32,000 nucleotides of DNA from Chlamydiales bacterium. GTDB taxonomy: Bacteria; Chlamydiota; Chlamydiia; Chlamydiales; SM23-39. The stretch is from NCBI GenBank assembly GCA_965261025.1, contig OZ253438.1:930001-962000 (forward strand), in the 5' to 3' direction. The notes under the pieces are model-generated. The model made no database searches. It saw only the letters and a list, made by a program, of their open reading frames with translations, and was not told the DNA's origin. Positions 24,591 through 32,000 of this stretch are shown in pieces (the stretch's first letter is position 1; the number at the start of each line of letters is the position of its first letter). The position numbers and the translations under genes were made by a program.

Positions 24591-25693
24591 AAGGCCTCCA
24601 CAAAAAGCTTCAGCTTCTCCACTACTTCTTTGAGAAGGGTGACTCCTTTATGAATCTGCTCTTCTGTAGTATATCGAGAAAAAGAAAAACTAGAAAGGAA
24701 GGGACTCAAGTCCTCTTTCCCTATTTGTCTAAAAAAGTCATCTAACAAAGGAGTCTGCTCTGGAATGTACATTTTCTTCTGGTTTAAATAAAAAGCTAGC
24801 GTCTCTTTAGGAATCTTAGGAAAATAAAAGACCGAAGTATTCGGAAGTCTGAGCTCTTTTTCAAACATTCTCTTTGCTCCTGGAATTTCTTGTAAAACTT
24901 TTTTTTCAAAAAGATCTCTAAGTGTCCCCATTTGTAGTCCAGCTCTATCTAAATAGAGAAGAGCTTGTTTAAAAGCTGCGCTTGCTACAGCAAGCAAGGG
25001 TATACTCCATTTTTTCTGAGAAAAGTGGGGAGACAAAAAATGGGGTTTTTTCATCAAAAAAAAACTCTCTTGGGAAAGAGCATGAAGCGGCCATAGCTCA
25101 AAATGAAGAAAAGAAATAGAAAGCTCTTTATAAAAAAGAAAAGTTTTTCCCACACAAAAAGTGGCATCCACATAAAGATCCACCTGCTTTTCTCTACACA
25201 AAAGAGAAATATCTTCTACAGGCTGTAAAATTCCTGAAAAACTCTCTGCCCAGGGGATCATAATTAAGGCGGTTTTCGAAGATATCTTCTCTTCTAACTG
25301 TCCAAGATCAAAAAGACCCCTTTCTTTCTCCCTAGGGATTTCCCAAATAAGGCAACCTCTTTCCTCCAGTTTTTTCCAAATAGCAGGATATTCTTTCTTA
25401 GAAGAGACAAAAAAATGGTTCTTCCCCTCTAAAAGGGTTTTTTCTAAAAAAAGTTGCGAAATCAGTTTTTCTACTACTTCTTCTTTTCTGCCAGAAAACA
25501 GGGCCGTTTCCTCTTCTTCTGCTTGTACTAACTCAAAGAGGGGTTTTAATAAAAAAGAAATCTCTTTGCGAGACTTTTCTCCTAAAAAATGCTCTGAAGT
25601 AGCGTCAACCCAATAACTAGAGAACAGAGAAAAAGCCTCTTTTGCAGAAGAAGCCAAAGGAGAGGACCTGTGATTGTCAAAAAATATTTCCAT
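24587..25693 (-). CDS. NifS/IscS-like class V aminotransferase-fold protein, apparently lacking PLP-Lys and catalytic Cys
   Basis: Colinear with IscS: IFFDNHRSSP ~ IYLDYSATTP; LYVDATFCVGK ~ YHVDATQSVGK; SSFSFSRYTTEEQI ~ SSIRFSLGRFTTEEEI. However SFSGHK is replaced by SFLHFE, and SSGSACTS by IPEQTPLL. I take the start as ATG 25693 (MEIFFDN). The track start 25756 would overlap gpmA by 80 nt. Confidence 0.7.
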   Translation of the reverse strand: MEIFFDNHRSSPLASSAKEAFSLFSSYWVDATSEHFLGEKSRKEISFLLKPLFELVQAEEEETALFSGRKEEVVEKLISQLFLEKTLLEGKNHFFVSSKKEYPAIWKKLEERGCLIWEIPREKERGLFDLGQLEEKISSKTALIMIPWAESFSGILQPVEDISLLCREKQVDLYVDATFCVGKTFLFYKELSISFLHFELWPLHALSQESFFLMKKPHFLSPHFSQKKWSIPLLAVASAAFKQALLYLDRAGLQMGTLRDLFEKKVLQEIPGAKRMFEKELRLPNTSVFYFPKIPKETLAFYLNQKKMYIPEQTPLLDDFFRQIGKEDLSPFLSSFSFSRYTTEEQIHKGVTLLKEVVEKLKLFVEAL

Positions 25694-26384
25694 CTTCTCT
25701 TTTATACTTCCCCTTAAGATACCTATAGATAATAGGCTCTCCTGTGGGAATTTCAAGCCCTAAAATTTGTTCTTCACTAAAGTCTTCCAGCTTCATCAAA
25801 ATGGCTCTTAAAGAATTCCCATGTGCAGACAAGAAAACATTTTTCTTTTTCCTTAAAAAGGGTTCTATTTTTTCAAAAAAATAAGGAAGAGCCCTGTTTG
25901 CTGTGTCTTCCAGACTCTCTCCCGAAGGAGGTGCTATAGAAAAGCTTCTCCTCCACATCTCTACCTGTTTTTTTCCATATTTTTTCCGAGTAGCCTCTTT
26001 ATTAAGCCCTTGTAATTTCCCGTACATTCTTTCATTGAGCCTCCAGGAGCTATACACAGGAATTACCCCCTCTTTGGTAGCTCTACTATGAATTTCAGCC
26101 CATTTCACTCTCTTTTTATCAGGAGAAACAAAAACAGGTGTCTTTTTACAAGTATGGGAAAGCATTGCCAGAAAAAGAGTCATATGAGCTCTGACTAAAG
26201 AAGAGGTAAAAATAACATCAATGGGAATATTTTGGATTTTTCTTCCCCCCTGCAGGGCTTCTTCTACTCCTTTCTTGCTCAAAGGAACATCTACCCATCC
26301 TGTAAATAAATTTTTTTGATTCCACACAGATTCTCCATGTCTCATCAAGATAAGAAGAGAATTCTCTCTGGGAGATGCTTTCAT
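25677..26384 (-). CDS. gpmA: 2,3-bisphosphoglycerate-dependent phosphoglycerate mutase
   Basis: LILMRHGESVWNQKNLFTGWVDVPLSKKG, TSSLVRAHMT, LNERMYG and LSAHGNSLRA are dPGM signatures. Confidence 0.93.
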   Translation of the reverse strand: MKASPRENSLLILMRHGESVWNQKNLFTGWVDVPLSKKGVEEALQGGRKIQNIPIDVIFTSSLVRAHMTLFLAMLSHTCKKTPVFVSPDKKRVKWAEIHSRATKEGVIPVYSSWRLNERMYGKLQGLNKEATRKKYGKKQVEMWRRSFSIAPPSGESLEDTANRALPYFFEKIEPFLRKKKNVFLSAHGNSLRAILMKLEDFSEEQILGLEIPTGEPIIYRYLKGKYKREDGNIF

Positions 26385-26434
26385 TTTACCTCTTTTTCTG
26401 GTATCCTATCAGGAAATGTTTTTTCTAGCATCTT

Positions 26435-27121
26435 ATGAGACTCTCTAAAGCTTTAGCACAAGCAGGCCTAGCTTCCCGAAGAGCCGCGGAAAAGTGGATT
26501 CAAGAAGGAAAGGTATCGGTAAATGGGACCCCTATTTTCCTTCCCGAGACCCAAGTTAATTGGGAAGAAGATGAACTCACCTTAGAAGGAAAAAGGCTAG
26601 AAAGAGAAAAAAAACACTATTTTTTATTTCATAAGCCTAAAAATACCTTCTCTTCCTGCAAAAGGAGAGGCCAAGAAAGGCTTGTTCTCGATTTTTTTCC
26701 AAAGCATTTGCGTCTTTTCCCTGTGGGAAGACTAGATAAAGACACAACAGGGCTTCTCTTAATAACCAATGATGGACTCTTCAGTCAAAAGGTAATTCAC
26801 CCGAGCGCAAATAGAGAAAAAGAGTATTACATTACAACTTCTTTTCCTCTGCAAGAAAACCAAATAGAAAACATCAAAAAAGGGCTTTTTTTACAGGGAC
26901 AAAAGCTCATTCCTGTAAGGGTAGCAAAACTTAACAAAAAGCTTCTTTCTGTCACGGTAAAAGAGGGAAAAAAAAGAGAGGTAAGGCATATGGCGAAAAA
27001 AGCAGGGATTTTTTCCTTTTCCTTGAAAAGAATTCGAATAGATACCCTTCATCTGGGTCGGTTAAAAGAGGGGCAGTATCGTTGTTTAACCCCTTCTGAA
27101 ATAACTTCTTTTTTCGATTAG
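26435..27121 (+). CDS. Pseudouridine synthase, RsuA/RluB family (S4 domain + catalytic domain)
   Basis: S4 domain MRLSKALAQAGLASRRAAEKWIQEGKVSVNG. Catalytic motif VGRLDKDTTGLLLITNDG. Confidence 0.88.
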   Translation: MRLSKALAQAGLASRRAAEKWIQEGKVSVNGTPIFLPETQVNWEEDELTLEGKRLEREKKHYFLFHKPKNTFSSCKRRGQERLVLDFFPKHLRLFPVGRLDKDTTGLLLITNDGLFSQKVIHPSANREKEYYITTSFPLQENQIENIKKGLFLQGQKLIPVRVAKLNKKLLSVTVKEGKKREVRHMAKKAGIFSFSLKRIRIDTLHLGRLKEGQYRCLTPSEITSFFD

Positions 27122-27158
27122 AACCTACACCTTAAAAAAACCAAGCTTGGAGGCGTTA

Positions 27159-27734
27159 ATGTATAAGAGACTCCTATTTTTTATTATCGCCGTCTGCAGC
27201 TTAGCTTTTGCTTTTTTCTACCTTGTCCAATCCTTTACCAGTTCTTTGAGTACAGAAACTCCTTGCGCTTTTTGTAACTATAAGATCTTAAACCGGCAAA
27301 AGTTTTATGAAGATGATTTAGTCATCGCTTTATATACCCATAAGCCTATTGTACCAAGCCATTTCCTTATTCTTCCTAAAAGACACGTGGAAAGACTAGA
27401 AAAGATTTCTCCAGAAGAGATGTCTCGCATCCATCAGGTAATGGTTAAAATCCAGCAAGCTTCACAACAGGTATTTCAAACATCTCCTTACCTGATTCAT
27501 CAAAAAAATGGTCGAGAGGTAGGACAAAGCGTCCCTCATGTACACTTCCATCTCATTGCAAAATCCCCAGGAGATACTTCCCTTGCAAAGTTTATCATAA
27601 ATCTACTCCTAGCCCATTTGAAAAATCCGATACCTCTTAAAGAAATGCAAAACATCACAGAAAAAATGAAAATGGCTATGGAGACTCTTCCCTCTACCTC
27701 TTCAAATTCGCAAAATGTTTTTCCAAAAAAATAG
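27159..27734 (+). CDS. HIT-family (histidine triad) protein with N-terminal hydrophobic anchor/signal
   Basis: HVPHVHFHLI histidine triad and FLILPKRHV. The N-terminus MYKRLLFFIIAVCSLAFAFFYLV is hydrophobic. ATG 27159 is preceded by GGAGG. The track TTG 27147 is less likely. Confidence 0.8.
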   Translation: MYKRLLFFIIAVCSLAFAFFYLVQSFTSSLSTETPCAFCNYKILNRQKFYEDDLVIALYTHKPIVPSHFLILPKRHVERLEKISPEEMSRIHQVMVKIQQASQQVFQTSPYLIHQKNGREVGQSVPHVHFHLIAKSPGDTSLAKFIINLLLAHLKNPIPLKEMQNITEKMKMAMETLPSTSSNSQNVFPKK

Positions 27735-27804
27735 ATAAAATGAAGGTAGACTTTTTTCTTTTGCTTCCTTAAATTCCCCTGCTATTAAAAAGGAGGTTTT
27801 ACTT

Positions 27805-28206
27805 ATGGCAGCGCCTTTGTCTTATAACCAAGAAGTTACTATAGCCGCTGGTGAACAATGGGAATCACCTATTAGTAGTCAATTTGGAGAGTCTTGTTTC
27901 TTCATAAAAAATGAGTCAGATATCCCAATCAGGATAGCCTTAGTTTTGAAGCTTGCTTCTTCATCTGTATTGGTTTCCTATGAAAAAGATAACGAAAAAC
28001 AAACTCTAATAGCCTCCTTAGAAAACGCGCATCGCTTCAGATTTACTGCTATATCCGAGGAAGATAAAGCATTGCAACAGCAATTAGGCGCTATTTCACA
28101 AATATTTGGAAAGAGTATGTCGGGGATTGCCTCCTATAAACTAGAGCCGATTAGGTCGGAGATAGAGCTTTTAAAGGACGAGATGAAACTTCTCGAAATA
28201 AGTTAG
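27805..28206 (+). CDS. Hypothetical protein (133 aa)
   Basis: Strong RBS AAAGGAGG 8 nt upstream of ATG. Coiled-coil-like C-terminus. No motif recognised. Confidence 0.6.
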   Translation: MAAPLSYNQEVTIAAGEQWESPISSQFGESCFFIKNESDIPIRIALVLKLASSSVLVSYEKDNEKQTLIASLENAHRFRFTAISEEDKALQQQLGAISQIFGKSMSGIASYKLEPIRSEIELLKDEMKLLEIS

Positions 28207-28340
28207 AGGATTATTTTCTCCTAAAACGCGAAAAACTCAAGGGATTCTTAGGAAAAAGATCCTTGGCTATTATCTAAAATCTTCGAGGTGGACTTTTCAG
28301 GAAAAATTAGATAGATTTAGGAGAAAAAGAACTTTAGACC

Positions 28341-29015
28341 ATGTTGAATTTTGCTAAACTCTTCGGAAAGTCCCCTTTTGCTCCTTTGCAAAGCCATATG
28401 CAAAAAGTGACTAAATGTATCGACGAGCTTACCTTCCTATATCAAGCTTTGGCCCAAAAAGAGGAAGGGGCTATTTTGGAGTGCAAAAAGAGAATTTCTA
28501 AACTGGAGCATGAAGCCGATCTTACCAAAAATGATATTCGAAATCATCTCCCTAAAAGCATTTTTTTGCCTATTGACCGATTTCAACTTTTGGAAATCTT
28601 AGCCTTACAAGATGCTCTTTCTGATAAAGCAGAGGATTTAGCCATCACAGCTACACTGGCTCCCCTGCATGCTTTTTCCCAGTACGAAAAAGAAATACGA
28701 GTGCTTTTTGAAAAAAATATAGCAGCTTTTCACGGAGTAAAGAAGGTAATTGAAGAAATGGATAGCCTTTTACAGAGCTCTTTTGGGGGTTTAGAAGGGC
28801 AAAAAGTAAAGACTATGATTGAAGAAGTTGCTTATTTAGAGCATGAAATCGATCTTCTTCAATACGACTTTTTAAAAAAAATCTATGCCCAGGCAGGAAG
28901 TCTTTCTCAGGCAGAGTTTCATCTTTGGATTACTTTGGTGAGAGAACTAGGAGAGATTTCCAATCTTTCTGAAAAGCTAGGAAATCGCATAAGGATGATT
29001 TTAGAAATAAAGTAA
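28341..29015 (+). CDS. PhoU-related DUF47 protein (Pit accessory/phosphate transport regulator-like)
   Basis: FGKSPFAPLQSHMQKV...ISKLEHEADLTKNDIRNHL...FLPIDR and a second helical repeat LEHEIDLLQ. It lies immediately upstream of the PiT gene, the usual pairing. Confidence 0.8.
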   Translation: MLNFAKLFGKSPFAPLQSHMQKVTKCIDELTFLYQALAQKEEGAILECKKRISKLEHEADLTKNDIRNHLPKSIFLPIDRFQLLEILALQDALSDKAEDLAITATLAPLHAFSQYEKEIRVLFEKNIAAFHGVKKVIEEMDSLLQSSFGGLEGQKVKTMIEEVAYLEHEIDLLQYDFLKKIYAQAGSLSQAEFHLWITLVRELGEISNLSEKLGNRIRMILEIK

Positions 29016-29020
29016 TTGCA

Positions 29021-30445
29021 ATGGATTTATTTCTGCTTTTCAAAGGACTTACCCTGCTGTTTGGCTTCTATATGGCTTGGAACATCGGAGCCAACGATGT
29101 AGCTAATGCCATGGGCACCTCTGTCGGCTCCAAAGCCTTGAGTCTTACCAAAGCGGTGGTTCTAGCTGCTCTTTTGGAGTTCTCAGGAGCTTTTTTTGTA
29201 GGATCTTCTGTTTCAGAAACTATCCAAAAGGGGATTGTCAATCCGGAGATTTTTGCTCAAGATCCTTTTTCCTTTGTTGTGGGAATGCTTTCTGCCCTTT
29301 TAGCCACAGGCCTTTTGTTACAACTTGCTTCTTATTTTGGGCTTCCGGTTTCTACCACCCACGCCATTGTAGGAGCTGTAATTGGATTTGGAGCTATTGT
29401 AGGAGGAATCCAAGCCGTTTATTGGAAAGAAGTACTGGCTATTTCTACAAGCTGGGTCCTTTCCCCTGTTCTAAGTGGAATTGTTTCTTATCTTCTCTTT
29501 TCTCTTTTACAAAAAAAGATCTTTTTCTCCATGACCCCCGTAAAAGATGCTAAGAAAATAGTTCCTTTTTTTGCTTTTTTTTGTTTCGCCATCTTTGTTT
29601 TAAGCCTTCTTTATCAAGGATTATCTAATTTACATTTAAACCTTTCTCTTTCTAAAGCGCTTTTTCTTTCTTGCCTTGTAGGAGTTTTGGCTTTTTTCTT
29701 TTATTTCTTCCTCATAAAGAGAATAGCTCCCCAAGACCCCTTGGAAAAAAACCCTTCTGTTTCTCCACAACATCTACTGAGCTTGGAAAGAGCTATAAAA
29801 CATCTGCAAAGAGTCGAGTTAAGCTCTGAGGGAAATTTGCAACAAGAAAGTGCTAAAGCATTGGAACGAATTCAAGAGCTAAAAAATCGTCTTTCTAAAG
29901 AATTTTCTTTTGGGAAAAACTATTTTCCCTATTCTCAGGTCGAAAAAATGTTTGTCTATTTACAGATTGTAAGTGCTTCTTTAGTAGCCTTTGCTCATGG
30001 AGCTAACGATGTAGCTAATGCTATAGGACCTGTTGCAGCTATCTTGGAGGTTTTAAAAACCAAGGCTATTTCCCAAAATACCCTTATCCCTAGCTGGCTT
30101 TTAGGCTTTGGAGGAATAGGCATCGTAATAGGACTAGCTACTTGGGGTTGGAGAGTCATAGAAACCGTTGGGAAAAAAATCACAGAACTAACCCCTACTA
30201 GGGGGTTTTGTGCAGAATTTGGCGCTGCTTTTACCATCTTGTTTGCTTCTAAGTTAGGCATGCCCATTTCTACCACCCATTCTTTGGTAGGTTCTGTTTT
30301 AGGAGTAGGTTTAGCTAGGGGTTTGCGCTCTATCAATTTAAGAACATTGAGAGATATAGCCCTTTCTTGGATCGTTACCATCCCTTTGTGTGCTTTTCTG
30401 AGCGTTCTTCTTTTTTACGGGATTTCTCTTTTCGCTAGATCTTAA
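29021..30445 (+). CDS. Inorganic phosphate transporter, PiT (PHO4) family
   Basis: Duplicated signature GANDVANAMGTSVGS (N-half) / GANDVANAIGPVAA (C-half), and PVSTTHAIVGAVIG / PISTTHSLVGSVLG. A hydrophilic central loop is present. Confidence 0.93.
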   Translation: MDLFLLFKGLTLLFGFYMAWNIGANDVANAMGTSVGSKALSLTKAVVLAALLEFSGAFFVGSSVSETIQKGIVNPEIFAQDPFSFVVGMLSALLATGLLLQLASYFGLPVSTTHAIVGAVIGFGAIVGGIQAVYWKEVLAISTSWVLSPVLSGIVSYLLFSLLQKKIFFSMTPVKDAKKIVPFFAFFCFAIFVLSLLYQGLSNLHLNLSLSKALFLSCLVGVLAFFFYFFLIKRIAPQDPLEKNPSVSPQHLLSLERAIKHLQRVELSSEGNLQQESAKALERIQELKNRLSKEFSFGKNYFPYSQVEKMFVYLQIVSASLVAFAHGANDVANAIGPVAAILEVLKTKAISQNTLIPSWLLGFGGIGIVIGLATWGWRVIETVGKKITELTPTRGFCAEFGAAFTILFASKLGMPISTTHSLVGSVLGVGLARGLRSINLRTLRDIALSWIVTIPLCAFLSVLLFYGISLFARS

Positions 30446-30504
30446 AAAACTAAGATAACGAGAACCAATTCCAGAAAATAGAAAAAAAGGCTAGTATCAA
30501 GAAC

Positions 30505-32000
30505 ATGAACTTGGAAGAAGAAGCGGAGCTGGTTTTAAGAAAAATTAAGGGGTATTTGATATCTCAATTAGGAAAGCTGTTAGAAGAAGCCTCTTTGGAA
30601 GAGTTCTATCTCGCTTTTTGCTTTGTTTTGCGAGAAAAAGTAATGGTAAACTGGACAGCTTGCCTACAAACCTTTTCGCAAAGAAAAGACCGCATCCTTT
30701 ATTTTCTTTCCATGGAATACCTTCCAGGAAGACTTCTAGGCAATAATATTAACCATATAGGTGCTTTGGATCTGGTAAAAAAAGTGTTAGAAAAAACCAA
30801 AAAAACCTTGGGAGATTTTTTAGAACAAGAACCTGATCCAGGGCTAGGTAATGGGGGATTAGGAAGGCTGGCTTCTTGTTTTTTAGACTCTCTTGCCACC
30901 CAAGAATACCCTTGTTGGGGATATGGACTTCGCTATCAATATGGTATTTTTGATCAAGAAATATGGGATGGGTCTCAAATAGAAAGACCTGACTGCTGGC
31001 TTTTAAATGAAAATCCTTGGGAGTTTCGTAAAGACAATGATGCTGCAGCCGTCTACTTTCGAGGGAAACCTCTTGCTGCTACCAATTCCCATGGGGAAGA
31101 AGTTTTTCAGCTAGAAGATTACGAAGAAGTAAGAGCCCTTCCTTATGACACCCCTATTATCGGCTATCCGAAAGAAGGAAGTTTCCCTGTTATCTCTTTA
31201 AGACTCTGGACAACTAAAGAATCTCCTAGAAATTTTGAGCTACAAAGATATAATGCAGGACACTTAGATCAGGCCGCAGAAAACACCTCTTTAACTGATG
31301 TCTTATACCCTAATGATCACCATGATATAGGAAAAAGAATTCGTTTGAAGCAGGAGTTTTTATTAGTCTCTGCCTCTTTGCAAGATATTATAAAAAGACA
31401 CCTTAAGATACATGAAACCATAGATAATTTTTCCGAAAAGGTACGAATCCAAGTCAACGACACTCATCCTTCTTTAATCATTGCAGAACTTACTCGAAGG
31501 CTTGTCAAAGATCATGATATGCCGTTAGACAAAGCTTGGGAGATAACACAAACCTGCTGCAGTTATACCAATCACACCATTTTAAAAGAAGCTTTGGAGG
31601 AATGGAATGAAGATAGGCTTTTTCAGCTTCTTCCAAGACAGTATAAAATGATTCAAAAATTAAATTTTCGTTTCTGTTCAGAAATCAGAAAAAGATTCCC
31701 TAACCAAGAAGAAAAACTGCAAAAAATGTCTTTCATTGAAAGAGGGCAAGTCAAAATGGCCCACTTAAGTATCTATGGAAGCCACAAGGTAAATGGAGTA
31801 GCAGAACTTCATACAGAGATTTTAAAGAAAAGAACTTTTCCAGATTTTTATGAAATGTACCCTGACAAATTTTTAGCCATCACAAACGGAGTTACTCAAA
31901 GGAGATGGGTTCTTTATGCCAATCCTTCTCTGGCAGAGCTGATCTGTTCTAAAATTGGTACAGGATGGATCACAAACTTTGAAGAAATTCGTAAGTTAGA
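30505..32000 (+). CDS. glgP: Glycogen/maltodextrin phosphorylase, N-terminal ~498 aa (3' end outside window)
   Basis: Open frame from ATG 30505 to the window end, so it is absent from the track. YFLSMEYLPGRLLGNN, EPDPGLGNGGLGRLASCFLDSLAT, GYGLRYQYGIFDQ, NDTHPSL and YTNHTILKEALE are GT35 phosphorylase signatures. Confidence 0.93.
   Translation, partial: MNLEEEAELVLRKIKGYLISQLGKLLEEASLEEFYLAFCFVLREKVMVNWTACLQTFSQRKDRILYFLSMEYLPGRLLGNNINHIGALDLVKKVLEKTKKTLGDFLEQEPDPGLGNGGLGRLASCFLDSLATQEYPCWGYGLRYQYGIFDQEIWDGSQIERPDCWLLNENPWEFRKDNDAAAVYFRGKPLAATNSHGEEVFQLEDYEEVRALPYDTPIIGYPKEGSFPVISLRLWTTKESPRNFELQRYNAGHLDQAAENTSLTDVLYPNDHHDIGKRIRLKQEFLLVSASLQDIIKRHLKIHETIDNFSEKVRIQVNDTHPSLIIAELTRRLVKDHDMPLDKAWEITQTCCSYTNHTILKEALEEWNEDRLFQLLPRQYKMIQKLNFRFCSEIRKRFPNQEEKLQKMSFIERGQVKMAHLSIYGSHKVNGVAELHTEILKKRTFPDFYEMYPDKFLAITNGVTQRRWVLYANPSLAELICSKIGTGWITNFEEIRKL

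Overview
AT-rich bacterial window whose gene content and order look like a member of the Chlamydiae, probably an environmental or amoeba-associated lineage. This is an inference from an NTT/TLC-type transporter, the order tsp | rpsL-rpsG-fusA-rpsJ, a rodA/birA pair, a nifU-like/nifS-like-gpmA-pseudouridine synthase block, and tyrP. The core housekeeping blocks are: the dnaJ 3' end, three transporters, tail-specific protease, the str-operon genes, rodA, birA, an Fe-S-like pair, gpmA, a HIT protein, PhoU-like + PiT, and the glgP 5' part. Between about 6.4 and 15.3 kb lies an accessory-looking, partly decaying segment that ends at a tRNA-Phe gene. It holds a Nudix gene with an in-frame stop inside the Nudix box, a SAM methyltransferase and a DUF1016/YhcG-like nuclease remnant. 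It also holds a frameshifted signal-peptide gene with a His-rich toxin-like C-terminal domain, followed by two paralogous small SH3-like (immunity-like) genes. These are interleaved with two ~244 bp direct-repeat remnants of an IS3-family orfA that share the same TAG nonsense codon. The rest of the segment is a LysR regulator divergent from an NTT-like transporter (with an ATC-N9-GAT box between them), an M19 dipeptidase, and a nucleoside 2-deoxyribosyltransferase-like + DUF1653 operon. The most interesting candidate system is the toxin/immunity-like cassette with IS-mediated rearrangement at 8.45-10.5 kb. A second item is a NifS-like/NifU-like pair that appears to lack the canonical catalytic residues. 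All functional calls come from reading motifs by eye. No database search was run.
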